Notes: a model not told the origin generated them from the sequence alone. A stretch of DNA of 64,000 nt from Candidatus Aenigmatarchaeota archaeon (GCA_039000425.1 JAWBPV010000005.1:5652-69651); one strand, 5' to 3'. Shown: positions 1 to 9,527, numbered from the stretch's first letter. Made by a program: numbers and translations.

Positions 1-805
1 TCAAATGTTTTTGCGCCATCTCACAAATTTCAGCAGCATATTTTTCATTTCCAGGTGATGGATCAAATTCTGTAACGATCCTACTACGCAACTTTAATTT
101 CATACCTTCAAAATTGAAAAATTGGAATACTGCTGGATAAAATCCAAAAGCATCGGTCTCTAAAAGTTTTGTTAAATCGGAAGAATCGTTAACTAAAATT
201 TTTTCATACAATTTTTTAGTTAAGTTAACTCTCCATCTCAAGTGATCTTCTTTTCCGATTTCTTCCAACTTCTCGTAAGCCACATATCTCCCTTCACATG
301 CTTTTAAAAGAATTTGAAGAACGCTTTGGGAAAAATAGTCGTAAACAATCTTTTTAAGCAAATTTTTCTCTTTTTCTCCGGATATGGATGAAAATCTAAA
401 GGATGTTTTTGACGTGTATGGAATTTTTGGAACACCGAATTCTTCATCACTAGAAACAAAGACTTTTTCCCCCTTTTCTTCGATGAATAAAGATTTTGCG
501 AGATGGAATGGTTTTAAAGAATAAAGGTATTTTACAGCTTTCTTCAGATCTTCTGGGTCATCACCTTTATATCCCAAGTTCACCTCATTTTTTCCTGCTT
601 CAACCACGAAATTCCAGAATTCAATAAGATCTGGACAAAAATTCAAAAAATTGTGCAGATCTTCTTCATCTTTGAATTCCAACTTCAACTTAACATTCTC
701 CATCCCAATTTTATCCAAAACACTTTCGATCGAAGGAAAAACTTTATTCAATTCTTTCCTTTTCTTGGCCTGTAAGAACAACCTCTTTTTCTCAGCTTCT
801 CCCAT
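1..805 (-). CDS. hypothetical protein, 3'-partial in window (start codon at 805, runs off the window start)
   Basis: Minus-strand ORF starting ATGGGAGAAGCTGAG at 803-805 and open to position 1. It falls below the ORF track because it is truncated. I recognise no domain. Confidence 0.45.
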   Translation of the reverse strand, partial: MGEAEKKRLFLQAKKRKELNKVFPSIESVLDKIGMENVKLKLEFKDEEDLHNFLNFCPDLIEFWNFVVEAGKNEVNLGYKGDDPEDLKKAVKYLYSLKPFHLAKSLFIEEKGEKVFVSSDEEFGVPKIPYTSKTSFRFSSISGEKEKNLLKKIVYDYFSQSVLQILLKACEGRYVAYEKLEEIGKEDHLRWRVNLTKKLYEKILVNDSSDLTKLLETDAFGFYPAVFQFFNFEGMKLKLRSRIVTEFDPSPGNEKYAAEICEMAQKHL

Positions 806-822
806 ATTTTACAGTTTCACTC

Positions 823-1527
823 TTAAATAAGAAATGTGTGTAAGTTGAGTAAATCTAAGAGTTCTCTTAAATCTTCTATAACGTACCTGGCCACATTCTT
901 TACTTTTTCGCTTTCAGGCTTGAATGCGATGGGAACTCCAACTTCGCTCATAACGAAAATATCATTTTCTCCATCACCAACATAAGCGCATTCCATTAAA
1001 CTTATTTTCTCTTTTTTCGCTATCTTCTTAACACACTTCACTTTATCTTCATAATCCGTTGGGAATAAATTCCAATCTTTCAAGTTACCTTTCTTATCGA
1101 AATACAACTTGTAATGAGCAAAAGCATAATCCAAACCCAATTCTCTCTTAGCTCTAAGGGCAAGTTCTTCTGCACTACCCGTAACAGTAGCAATCTTATA
1201 ACCCATTCTCTTCAATTCTCCAACAATTTCCTTAGCCTCCTTCCTCAAAGGCATTTTTTTAACACTCTCTTTGAATTTATTCTTTTTCAACCCGTACTCC
1301 TTCCAAACTTTAAACGTTTCTTCATTCCAAGCGAAATAATCCTGCAATATCCCCTTTTTCCACAATTCGATCAAGGTTTGATTTTCTTCCCAAGCGCCCA
1401 ATTCATAAAATATCAAATCGTAAGAGTTCATCTCCACCATTTCCCCATTCACATAACTTACATACTTGTCAAAAAGCACACTCTCCAAATCAAAAACTAT
1501 GAGCTTTACGTCTTTAACAGAAACCAT
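823..1527 (-). CDS. HAD-superfamily hydrolase, phosphoserine-phosphatase-like
   Basis: 234 aa. N-terminal VFDLES (HAD motif I, DxE variant) and C-terminal GDGENDIFVMSEVGVPIAF (HAD motif IV, SerB-like). Confidence 0.65.
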   Translation of the reverse strand: MVSVKDVKLIVFDLESVLFDKYVSYVNGEMVEMNSYDLIFYELGAWEENQTLIELWKKGILQDYFAWNEETFKVWKEYGLKKNKFKESVKKMPLRKEAKEIVGELKRMGYKIATVTGSAEELALRAKRELGLDYAFAHYKLYFDKKGNLKDWNLFPTDYEDKVKCVKKIAKKEKISLMECAYVGDGENDIFVMSEVGVPIAFKPESEKVKNVARYVIEDLRELLDLLNLHTFLI

Positions 1528-1609
1528 ATCTTTAAGTTAATTTTAAAATTTTTAACTTTTGTGGAGGAGGGGAAAAACATAAATAATCACTGAAAACCAA
1601 AAACTAATC

Positions 1610-1783
1610 ATGCAAGAACTCAGGAAGAAAAAATGTGTTCTCATAGGTTGTAATAACTTTGCTGTTGGTAATTGTAACAATTGTGGCATTCCTATATGTG
1701 AAAAACATTCTAGAAAAATGGGTAAGTTTTACATCTGTGTGAATTGCTACGAATACATAAACAGGAAATTGAAAATTAGATGA
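1610..1783 (+). CDS. small Cys-rich zinc-ribbon protein (57 aa), not in ORF track
   Basis: ATG at 1610. Product MQELRKKKCVLIGCNNFAVGNCNNCGIPICEKHSRKMGKFYICVNCYEYINRKLKIR contains 8 Cys arranged as CxxxxC...CxxC...CxxC pairs. It sits in an intergenic gap. Confidence 0.4.
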   Translation: MQELRKKKCVLIGCNNFAVGNCNNCGIPICEKHSRKMGKFYICVNCYEYINRKLKIR

Positions 1784-1793
1784 GTAAATTCGA

Positions 1794-2327
1794 TTAAATT
1801 CGTGTGACAAGCTCGTCCAACTTTCTCCTAGGCGTTGGTTTTGGTTCTTCAGCAGGATATCCTATGGGAATTAAAGCTATTGGGATCAATCCTTCAGGGT
1901 TCCCCAATATTCTTAAAACTTCTCCATCATCGAAAGCACCAACCCAACAAGACGCTAAACCTAGATCAACAGCAGCTAACTGAGCGTAAGCTGCGGCTAT
2001 TGTTGCGTCTTGAATTGAATACAAGCTTCTCCCTCTTTTTCCGTATTTCCTACCAGATCTTTCTGGGTTGGCACAAAAAACTAAGACAACAGGAGCTTCT
2101 GCCACGAAGCTTTGAGCGAAAGACGCTAAAGCCAATTCCCTTTTCTTCTTTTCATCTTGAACTAAAAATATCTCATACGCCTGCAATTGGGAGAATAAAT
2201 TCAATTCCCTGCAGATGGAGCCGAGTTTGCGACTCCAAGTATCTCTTTTATTTTGTCTTCCTCAATTGGTCTACTAGTGAAAGCCCTAACAGAATGCCTT
2301 CTTTTAATTACTTCCTTGAATTCCATT
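1794..2327 (-). pseudogene. nitroreductase-family gene interrupted by TGA plus frameshift
   Basis: The N-terminal 41 codons (MEFKEVIKRRHSVRAF...SAPSAGN, ATG at 2327) end at an in-frame TGA. The remainder (LQAYEIFLVQ... 136-aa ORF 1794-2204) continues in another frame. Removing ~17 nt (2187-2203) restores the continuous motif SAGNLQ typical of nitroreductases. Confidence 0.6.
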
Positions 2328-3270
2328 TTTTCACACCTCCTAATCTTCTGATATGATTATCATTAATTATAGGAACTTTAGATAAAAATACTTTTGCATA
2401 TTTTAATGGTATACGAACTTTGAATTTTTCTCTCTTTGTGTAAGAACCGGGATAATTAGATATATTAATTTTTGGCTCAATTTTAATTTTTTTCAATAAC
2501 TCAGATAAATCAATGGCTAAAAATTTACTAGAGGTGCTGAACTCTATAATTGGGTACCCTTGCCTGGTTACTCCAACATACCCATCTGTAGCAAGAAGAC
2601 CAGAAAGAAAAGAGATGATAATTCTTTGGGAATTGGAGCATAAAATTTGTTTTGGAATTTTTACAGTTCTTGATTTTTTTCCAATCGGATAGCCATAAAA
2701 AGTAAGTGTGAGTGTAATCAATTTGTTATAGATATGTAGAATTATATGATTTTTCTTTTGAATTATCTTTGGTAAACAGTTGAATAACTCTTTAATAACT
2801 TCTTGAATTTTTTGAGCCAACCCAATTTCTTTTGGGCCCAAGTAACATTGCCATCTTGTTAAATTATTTTTTCCACCTCCAAGACTACCATCACCAGTAT
2901 GTATACCTAGAAACAATGCTAGCTTAGATGTAAGTGGTAACGGTCTTATATTTCTATATTCGCTTAGTTTTCTAGCTTCTTTTATACTTCTTATTAAATT
3001 GGCTTTTCTTACCCAATATCTAACACTTTCATGAGAAAAACCTATTACCTTTGCGATTTCTGGTAAAGAATAATGCTGTTCATATAATTCGATTATTTTT
3101 ATTCTTTCTTCATCACTTACTGTTCGAAAAGCTTTTTTATAAACGCCCCTTTTCTTTAACCATGTCACAACAGTCCATGGACTGCAATTATATTTTTTTG
3201 ATATTTTATAAGCACTTACTCCTTTTATATGTTCGTCCACCCATTTATCAACAATTTCCTTTTTGTGCAT
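2308..3270 (-). CDS. free-standing LAGLIDADG homing endonuclease with N-terminal tandem HTH domains
   Basis: 320 aa. Two LAGLIDADG-type motifs (LALFLGIHTGDGSL; ISFLSGLLATDGYVGV). The N-terminus has two HTH-like segments (ISKKYNCSPWTVVTWLKK; SLPEIAKVIGFSHESVRYWVRKA). Confidence 0.7.
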   Translation of the reverse strand: MHKKEIVDKWVDEHIKGVSAYKISKKYNCSPWTVVTWLKKRGVYKKAFRTVSDEERIKIIELYEQHYSLPEIAKVIGFSHESVRYWVRKANLIRSIKEARKLSEYRNIRPLPLTSKLALFLGIHTGDGSLGGGKNNLTRWQCYLGPKEIGLAQKIQEVIKELFNCLPKIIQKKNHIILHIYNKLITLTLTFYGYPIGKKSRTVKIPKQILCSNSQRIIISFLSGLLATDGYVGVTRQGYPIIEFSTSSKFLAIDLSELLKKIKIEPKINISNYPGSYTKREKFKVRIPLKYAKVFLSKVPIINDNHIRRLGGVKKWNSRK

Positions 3271-3352
3271 TGCTATTACTATAACACCATTTTACCATAT
3301 CTGACTTTCGGAACTTCATTTCCGAAATTTCCGATAAACGTTAAAAAACAGT

Positions 3353-4462
3353 CTAACTACTCCTTATTTTCTTAAGTAGCCTTTCTTTCGCAATTTCCAA
3401 TGCAGCATCTCTGGGCAAAATATTTTCTTTCTTTGCTTTCTTCAACACAAGCTTAGTATTCTTCTTTATCTTCTTTTCAACTAAAGCAAACATCTTATTT
3501 TCATCATATCCTCTGTATTCGCAGTAAGAAGAAATTAGGCCTCCAGCATTAGCAACAAAATCAGGAACAACCAAAATTCCTCTTTCATGCAAAATCTTTT
3601 CGATATCTGGCTTACAAGGTATGTTGGCAGCTTCTACTATTATCCTTGCTTTAATCTCGTTAACATTATTTTCATTTATAACGTCTGGCAAAGCAGCTGG
3701 AATTAAAACATCCACGGATAACTTAAAAATTTCTTGGTTTGATAAAACTTGACCTGGTTGATAATTTACTACTGAACCTGTCTGTTTCTTGATCTCAAGT
3801 AACTTCTCGATATCCAAACCTTCTGGATTGTATATCGTGCCTTTACTATCAGAAACTGCAACAATTCTAGCACCAGCTTGAGATAAAAATTTTGCAGCAA
3901 AAGAACCCACATTTCCAAATCCTTCTACAGCGACTGTAGCTTTGGTTATATCAATCTTAGAAAATTTTGCTGCCACTAACGTTGAATGGAAAACTCCGAA
4001 TCCTGTTGAACCAAGTTCATGTGGCAAACCCCCTAGCTCTTTAGGTTTTCCTGTTACCGACTTCAAAGAGCCATTTCCTTCAACAAACCACTTCATTTCT
4101 TGCTCACCTGTATTCACATCAGGTGCTCCAATGTAGTACTTCGGGGCTATACCGCGTAAAGCTCTACCGAAAGCTCTCATGAGTTCAGCTTTTTGTTCTA
4201 CGTTCATTTTCTTAGGGTCGGCAACTATACCAGATTTAGCGCCACCAAAAGGAAGTTTTGCTAGAGAGCATTTTAAAGTCATTATCCTGGCAAGCCTGAA
4301 GACTTCTTCAACAGTAACAGAAGGTGTCATCCTTATACCGCCTTTCCCTGGTCCTAGTGTAGTATTATCGATAACTAAAATTCCTTTCAATCCCACTTTA
4401 TGGTTGTAAACTTGAATTATCTTCTCAGGACCAAGTTCATCAGCAACCTTTTCCAACTCCAT
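3353..4462 (-). CDS. Glu/Leu/Phe/Val-family amino-acid dehydrogenase (NAD(P)+)
   Basis: 369 aa. GKGGIRM and FGGAKSG substrate-domain motifs, GFGNVG Rossmann motif. Its length is closer to Leu/Val dehydrogenases than to hexameric GDH. Confidence 0.8.
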   Translation of the reverse strand: MELEKVADELGPEKIIQVYNHKVGLKGILVIDNTTLGPGKGGIRMTPSVTVEEVFRLARIMTLKCSLAKLPFGGAKSGIVADPKKMNVEQKAELMRAFGRALRGIAPKYYIGAPDVNTGEQEMKWFVEGNGSLKSVTGKPKELGGLPHELGSTGFGVFHSTLVAAKFSKIDITKATVAVEGFGNVGSFAAKFLSQAGARIVAVSDSKGTIYNPEGLDIEKLLEIKKQTGSVVNYQPGQVLSNQEIFKLSVDVLIPAALPDVINENNVNEIKARIIVEAANIPCKPDIEKILHERGILVVPDFVANAGGLISSYCEYRGYDENKMFALVEKKIKKNTKLVLKKAKKENILPRDAALEIAKERLLKKIRSS

Positions 4463-4463
4463 G

Positions 4464-5438
4464 TTATTTCCTCCAATCGCCTATAATTTTATAATTTTCA
4501 ACTCCATGTAAATAATTATAAGCCGCTAGAGCAGCTTTTGCACCTTCACCCGCAGCAACAACTATTTGTTTGAAAGCGACATCGGTAACATCTCCTGCAG
4601 CAAAAATTCCTGGCCTTATTTCATCTTTATCAGGGTAAAAAGTTCTGCATTTTGAATCCACGATTATTTGATTTAACTCGTCCAATTTCACGATATCTTT
4701 TGCGATAGAAGGATCGACCTCATATCCAATTTCTATGAAAACACCATCTAACCTTATATCTTTAACTTCACCACTCTTCACATCTTTAACGCTTATCCAA
4801 CTCACTTTTCCCTCGCCCTTAATCTCTGTGACCACGCTGTTAAGAAGAATTTCAACATTTTTCTTTTTCTTCACTTCATCTACAAAACTTTCAAAACCTC
4901 TGAATTCTTCTCTTCTATGAATTAAGTAAACTTTCTCGGCTATCTTGCTCAGCAGTAAAGCAGCGTCCAAAGCTGAATTTCCTCCTCCCACTACAGCCAC
5001 AATTTTTCCTTTGAATAAAGGAGCATCACAGTTGGCACAATAAGAAACACCCTTTCCTATCAATTCTTCTTCACCCGGAACGTTCAATTTCCTCGGTTTT
5101 TTTCCATAAGCCAATATCAAAGCTTTAGCGATAAAGTCTTTGGTTTCTGTCTTAACCAAGAATTCATCACCTTGAGGTGAAATTTTTTTAACTTCGTCTA
5201 TTATTATTTCTGCTCCAGCTTTTTCAACTTGTTTTCTCAGTTTATTTATGAAATTGATACCACTAACGTTGAAAAATCCGGGATAATTACAAATTTTATT
5301 GGTAAGTAAAACTTGTCCACCGATGGTCATTGTTATTATCAAGGTCTTAAGTTTTCTCCTCGCAGCATAAATTCCGGCTGTAAGACCTGCAGGTCCTCCA
5401 CCGATGATTATCAGATCATACTTTTCCATCGATATCAC
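4464..5438 (-). CDS. trxB: thioredoxin-disulfide reductase
   Basis: 324 aa. IIGGGPAG FAD motif, CANCDA redox CxxC, GGGNSA NADPH motif. Confidence 0.85.
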   Translation of the reverse strand: MISMEKYDLIIIGGGPAGLTAGIYAARRKLKTLIITMTIGGQVLLTNKICNYPGFFNVSGINFINKLRKQVEKAGAEIIIDEVKKISPQGDEFLVKTETKDFIAKALILAYGKKPRKLNVPGEEELIGKGVSYCANCDAPLFKGKIVAVVGGGNSALDAALLLSKIAEKVYLIHRREEFRGFESFVDEVKKKKNVEILLNSVVTEIKGEGKVSWISVKDVKSGEVKDIRLDGVFIEIGYEVDPSIAKDIVKLDELNQIIVDSKCRTFYPDKDEIRPGIFAAGDVTDVAFKQIVVAAGEGAKAALAAYNYLHGVENYKIIGDWRK

Positions 5439-5466
5439 AGAATTTTTTTAATTTTTTGTTTAGACT

Positions 5467-5796
5467 TTATATATTTTTATCCAACCATTTTCTCACGAGC
5501 GGTTCAGGCATAGCTCCAACGAATTCGTCCACTATTTTCCCATTTTTGAACATCTTCACATTAGGTATGGACATTATCCCATATTTTTCGGCTAATCCAG
5601 GATTTTTATCCACATTGACCTTGATCAACAAAAACTTACCTTGATATTCATTCGCTAACTTACTGAGTATTGGCCCCAAGACCCTGCAAGGGCCGCACCA
5701 ATCTGCCCAAAAATCAACTACAACAGGAACTTTCTTCGAACTTTCCAAAACTTTTTCATCAAAATCTTCTTCGAAAGCTTCTATTTCGAATTCCAT
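5467..5796 (-). CDS. trxA: thioredoxin
   Basis: WCGPC active site. The likely true start is Met8 (ATG at 5794-5796), preceded by GGAGGA 4 nt upstream. It forms a trxB-trxA pair. Confidence 0.85.
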   Translation of the reverse strand: MEFEIEAFEEDFDEKVLESSKKVPVVVDFWADWCGPCRVLGPILSKLANEYQGKFLLIKVNVDKNPGLAEKYGIMSIPNVKMFKNGKIVDEFVGAMPEPLVRKWLDKNI

Positions 5797-5869
5797 TTTT
5801 CCTCCAATACAGAACATTATTTTTCATCTTATTTATTTTTTTATGAGCGAATTAAAAATTAAATGTTGC

Positions 5870-5941
5870 GCCCTGGTAGCTCAGTGGTAGAGCACCTCAC
5901 TGGTAATGAGGGGGTCACGGGTTCGAATCCCGTCCAGGGCT
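5870..5941 (+). tRNA. tRNA-Thr (anticodon GGT), no intron, CCA not encoded
   Basis: Cloverleaf by eye: acceptor GCCCTGG/CCAGGGC, D-stem GCTC/GAGC, anticodon arm CCTCA-CTGGTAA-TGAGG, T-arm ACGGG-TTCGAAT-CCCGT. Confidence 0.85.
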
Positions 5942-5996
5942 CTTCTCAACAATTCTTTACTTTCATAAATTTAACGAGTTCAAATTGAATCAATAT

Positions 5997-6533
5997 TCAA
6001 CATTTCAACTTGTAAGCTACGGCCGCAGAAAAAGCATGAATAGTTGAAGATAATATGAACAAGAATTCCAGACCAAAAATTGAGAATAGTAAACCGGCAA
6101 CTATTGAAGCTAAACCGTAAGTCATGTTTATGGAAGAATCGAACAAACCGAAAAATTTTCCTTTTTTGTTCTTTGGGAAAGTTTCAGATAACATGGAATA
6201 AAGAACTGGCGTCTGCATGGCTGTCGCAGCTCCGGCTAGAACTTCCAGAGCATAGAGTTGCATAGGAGAATTGATAAAAGTGTAAGATATGGAAACGATG
6301 GATGCTAGAATACCGCCTAAAATTATGAACTTTTTTCTCCCATATTTATCGGAGAGATGTCCTAACGGCGTTTCCAAGATGGCAAGGGTTAAAGAAAAGA
6401 TGCCAAAAGAAATTGAAGTTGTCGAAAAATCTCCAATTTTTTGATATAGTAAAGCGTAAACAGGTCCCAAGATTCCCGTAGCTAGTTGACTTAGCATGCC
6501 AACTACTAATAACCCTACCAAATTCTTGTTCAT
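5997..6533 (-). CDS. MFS transporter, N-terminal six-helix half only (possibly truncated)
   Basis: 178 aa with six hydrophobic helices and MFS motif A (LSDKYGRKK) between TM2 and TM3. No C-terminal half follows before the tRNA-Thr. Confidence 0.5.
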   Translation of the reverse strand: MNKNLVGLLVVGMLSQLATGILGPVYALLYQKIGDFSTTSISFGIFSLTLAILETPLGHLSDKYGRKKFIILGGILASIVSISYTFINSPMQLYALEVLAGAATAMQTPVLYSMLSETFPKNKKGKFFGLFDSSINMTYGLASIVAGLLFSIFGLEFLFILSSTIHAFSAAVAYKLKC

Positions 6534-6650
6534 ACTGATCCCATGACATCAACATTTTACCTCCTTCCCTTCTATTTTCATGTTCTTCATTATTTAAAAA
6601 AATTTCGCTCGAAGTAAAAAATAAATCTTTTACTTCATTACAATGTTGAT

Positions 6651-7247
6651 ATGAGAAAAATTTTTGAAAAGTCTGACGAGAATTTAAAAAAGGGATTTGA
6701 CTTAAAATGGGGTACTTCTTTGAACTTGTGGGATGAAGAAAGGATATGCTTCTTTATAAAAGAAGAGATAATACCGGATGGTATTCTGGAGAAAAATGAA
6801 GTTGTCTTGTTCTTGCCAAAGAACAAGGACTATTTTTATGTTCTGAGCGAGGAAAATTTTGCCAATGCTATTACCGATTTATTCGAAATACAATACCTAA
6901 AACTTCCAGAAGAAAATTTAGTCGTTTTCGTCGATAGACATGAAGAACATTTGATTTCGCTTAAATTTTTAGGAAAATGCATGCTAAACATAAACTTCGA
7001 GTATTTCGATGTATTGTTTGAAGGGATTCGTGTGAAAAGAAAAATGTACGTGATAGGCGAAAAAAACGAATATGTACAAGATATCTTTCCTTTCCTAAAA
7101 ACCCTCTATAAAAATGGGTGTGTAGTGAAAATTTATGAATTGTGTGAAAGATTGGCAAAAAGTGAAAAGCTAGTTGTAATAGAAGGGTGTGACTTCTCTT
7201 ATTCTCCAGAGTACTTAAACTATAAAACACTTTACAGAAACTTGTGA
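6651..7247 (+). CDS. hypothetical protein
   Basis: 198-aa ORF with coding-like composition. No recognisable motif. Confidence 0.45.
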   Translation: MRKIFEKSDENLKKGFDLKWGTSLNLWDEERICFFIKEEIIPDGILEKNEVVLFLPKNKDYFYVLSEENFANAITDLFEIQYLKLPEENLVVFVDRHEEHLISLKFLGKCMLNINFEYFDVLFEGIRVKRKMYVIGEKNEYVQDIFPFLKTLYKNGCVVKIYELCERLAKSEKLVVIEGCDFSYSPEYLNYKTLYRNL

Positions 7248-8180
7248 TCATTCGAATTCGATAGTTGCAGGTGGTTTATCGGTTATATCATACAAACATC
7301 TGCTGACTTGAGGTATTTCTCTTAAAATCTTGGATGAAATCCTCTTCAGTAAACTGAAAGGTATTTCCATAGCTTTTGCTTTCATAGCATCTTGGGAAGA
7401 AACTATTCTTATAACCATGACGTAACCGTAGTTCCTTTTTCCGTTTAGTATGCCTGTAGCCTTATCGCTCAGCAACGCAACAAAACTTTGAAAATGTTTG
7501 ATTCTTCTTGTTTCCCTTTCAACTATTTCCGTACCTTTCCTCACTATTTCAACTTTTTCTGGTGTCACTTCACCTAAAACCCTTATCAAAAGACCAGGGC
7601 CTGGGAAAGGCATTTTATTAACAATTTCATCTGGAAGCCCTAAAGATTTTGCGACCTTTCTCACATCATTTTTATACAATTCTTTCAACGGCTCGATTAT
7701 CTTGAATTTATACTTTTTCATATCTACACCAGCTTGTTGTAAAACGTTGTGTTGAGTCTTTATACCTTTCACCGTCTCTTTGATATCAGCTGCTATAGTG
7801 CCTTGGATTAAGAATTCGGCACCTTCTTTTTCAACAACATCGTTCAAAATATCGTAGAAAATTTCCCTGAAGACCTTCCTTTTCTCTTCAGCATCTTTTA
7901 TCCCTTTCAGCTTATCGAAAAATATTCTTTCAGCTTTAATCAACTTGTTCTTTACTCCCAGTTTCTTCAGTAAACTTAAAACTTTTTCTGGTTCTCCCAA
8001 CCTTCTGAATCCATCATCTATGTAAACAGCTAAAACTCTATTACCTATCGCTTTTTTAGCCAAAACAGCACATGTTGTGCTGTCAACTCCACCAGAACAA
8101 GCGACCACCGCTTTCCCTTCACCAACTTCTTTTTTTATTTCCAGGATTTTTTTCTCTATGAAATCTTGGGGTTTAAACAT
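7248..8180 (-). CDS. guaA: GMP synthase subunit B (ATP pyrophosphatase domain)
   Basis: 310 aa. SGGVDS PP-loop. The length matches the archaeal two-subunit GuaA B-chain. Confidence 0.8.
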   Translation of the reverse strand: MFKPQDFIEKKILEIKKEVGEGKAVVACSGGVDSTTCAVLAKKAIGNRVLAVYIDDGFRRLGEPEKVLSLLKKLGVKNKLIKAERIFFDKLKGIKDAEEKRKVFREIFYDILNDVVEKEGAEFLIQGTIAADIKETVKGIKTQHNVLQQAGVDMKKYKFKIIEPLKELYKNDVRKVAKSLGLPDEIVNKMPFPGPGLLIRVLGEVTPEKVEIVRKGTEIVERETRRIKHFQSFVALLSDKATGILNGKRNYGYVMVIRIVSSQDAMKAKAMEIPFSLLKRISSKILREIPQVSRCLYDITDKPPATIEFE

Positions 8181-8199
8181 ATAATTTTTTTAAGCTGAA

Positions 8200-9057
8200 T
8201 CATATATAAAATCTGCACATCTTGATAACATTTGGAATCTCTTGTATCAAGTCGCTTGCGATCACGCTTTCACCAAATTTTTTCGCTGCATTCTCGCCCG
8301 CTAATCCATTTACGAAAGCGGCAGCACATGCAGAAATGAAAGGATCCAATCCTCTGGCCAAATAACATCCACAAATTCCAGCCAGAGTATCACCCATTCC
8401 ACCTTTTGTCATGTACGGTGAGCCTGTTTTGTTTATCATGATATTCTCACCATCCGAAATAATATCGATATGACCTTTCAACAAAATCGTAGCTTTAATT
8501 TCTTGAGCAACTTTTTTAACCATTTCACTCCTCTGGATTAAATCTTCACCGACTTTCAACCCAGACAAAACAAAAAATTCATACGCGTGCGGTGTAATAA
8601 TAACTCTTTTACCTTTTATAACTCCTCTTTCCCTTGCTAAAGCATGAATAGCATCGGCATCTATGACAACGGGTAATTCATTTCTCTTCAAGAATTCGAT
8701 TATAAATTCTAAAACTTCTTCTCTTCTCGACATTCCACCACCGATCACCACAGCTGTTTTATTCTTAGCGATTTCCAAAACTTCTTCCAGATTTTCTTTA
8801 GTTAAGAAATCTCCATTTATGGGAAAAACTATCAAGTCTGGAGCAAAACTCCTGATCACTTGAGCCGTTTTCTCGGGTGAAACTATCGTAACTAAATCTA
8901 CCCCAGAGCGAAGAGCCGCTAAAGCGTTAAAAGCAGGTGAACCAGAATAGAACTTACTACCACCTATAACTAGAAGATGTCCAAAATCATATTTTTTTGA
9001 CCAAGCTTTCCTCTTCTTGTAGATTTGCGCTAGAATTTTCTTCGTCACAACTTGCAT
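8200..9057 (-). CDS. nnrD: ADP-dependent NAD(P)H-hydrate dehydratase (YjeF C-terminal domain)
   Basis: 285 aa. GHLLVIGGS...YSGSPA and GGMGD motifs of the carbohydrate-kinase-like YjeF-C fold. Confidence 0.75.
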   Translation of the reverse strand: MQVVTKKILAQIYKKRKAWSKKYDFGHLLVIGGSKFYSGSPAFNALAALRSGVDLVTIVSPEKTAQVIRSFAPDLIVFPINGDFLTKENLEEVLEIAKNKTAVVIGGGMSRREEVLEFIIEFLKRNELPVVIDADAIHALARERGVIKGKRVIITPHAYEFFVLSGLKVGEDLIQRSEMVKKVAQEIKATILLKGHIDIISDGENIMINKTGSPYMTKGGMGDTLAGICGCYLARGLDPFISACAAAFVNGLAGENAAKKFGESVIASDLIQEIPNVIKMCRFYI

Positions 9058-9127
9058 ATTTTCTTTTTTCTCTTTTTAACAGAAAAATTTTATCTAAACG
9101 AAATACTTAAATCTTTGAAGTTTAATC

Positions 9128-9496
9128 TTGAATTGTGGTAAAGTGAAGCTAGTAGATAAAGTTTATTTCACATCGCCACAACTTTCCCTTTCAGAAGAGG
9201 TAAAAATTTTTAGAATAAATGATTTAATTCCATGGAAAAACAAGCTTTACTACAAAAACCAAGCGATCGAAGAATATTCTCTAATCCTTTTTTACGATAA
9301 TGAACCACTAGGAGAATATTCAACCAGGAGAATAGCGAGAAAGTTTGAATATTTCAAGGGAAAATTGAATAAACTAGAGGAAGCGAACAAATTTTTTCCA
9401 TCCCCGGTGATTTTCTATTTGGGTAGTAAGGTTGTAACAAGGGATGAAATGATGAAAATAGAAATTAAGAAGTTGGCCAACGAGTTGTTCAAATAG
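9128..9496 (+). CDS. hypothetical protein
   Basis: 122-aa ORF (non-ATG start per track). No known motif. Confidence 0.35.
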   Translation: MNCGKVKLVDKVYFTSPQLSLSEEVKIFRINDLIPWKNKLYYKNQAIEEYSLILFYDNEPLGEYSTRRIARKFEYFKGKLNKLEEANKFFPSPVIFYLGSKVVTRDEMMKIEIKKLANELFK

Positions 9497-9527
9497 ATTT
9501 TTATCTTTAACCATTTTTATTCAGAAT

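Noticed and set aside
1114-1593. 159-aa plus-strand ORF
   Set aside because: It is antisense to the well-supported HAD hydrolase gene (823-1527) and has low-complexity S/F/L-rich composition. It is a shadow ORF.
1835-2356. 173-aa plus-strand ORF
   Set aside because: It is antisense to the nitroreductase remnants and the HEG 3' end and has no motif. It is a shadow ORF.
3306-3327. 8-bp hairpin tttcggaa-cttca-ttccgaaa between the dehydrogenase gene and the HEG, considered as a terminator or HEG target site
   Set aside because: It is not followed by a T-run on the transcribed (minus) strand, and it is a single short stem. Function cannot be argued from sequence alone.
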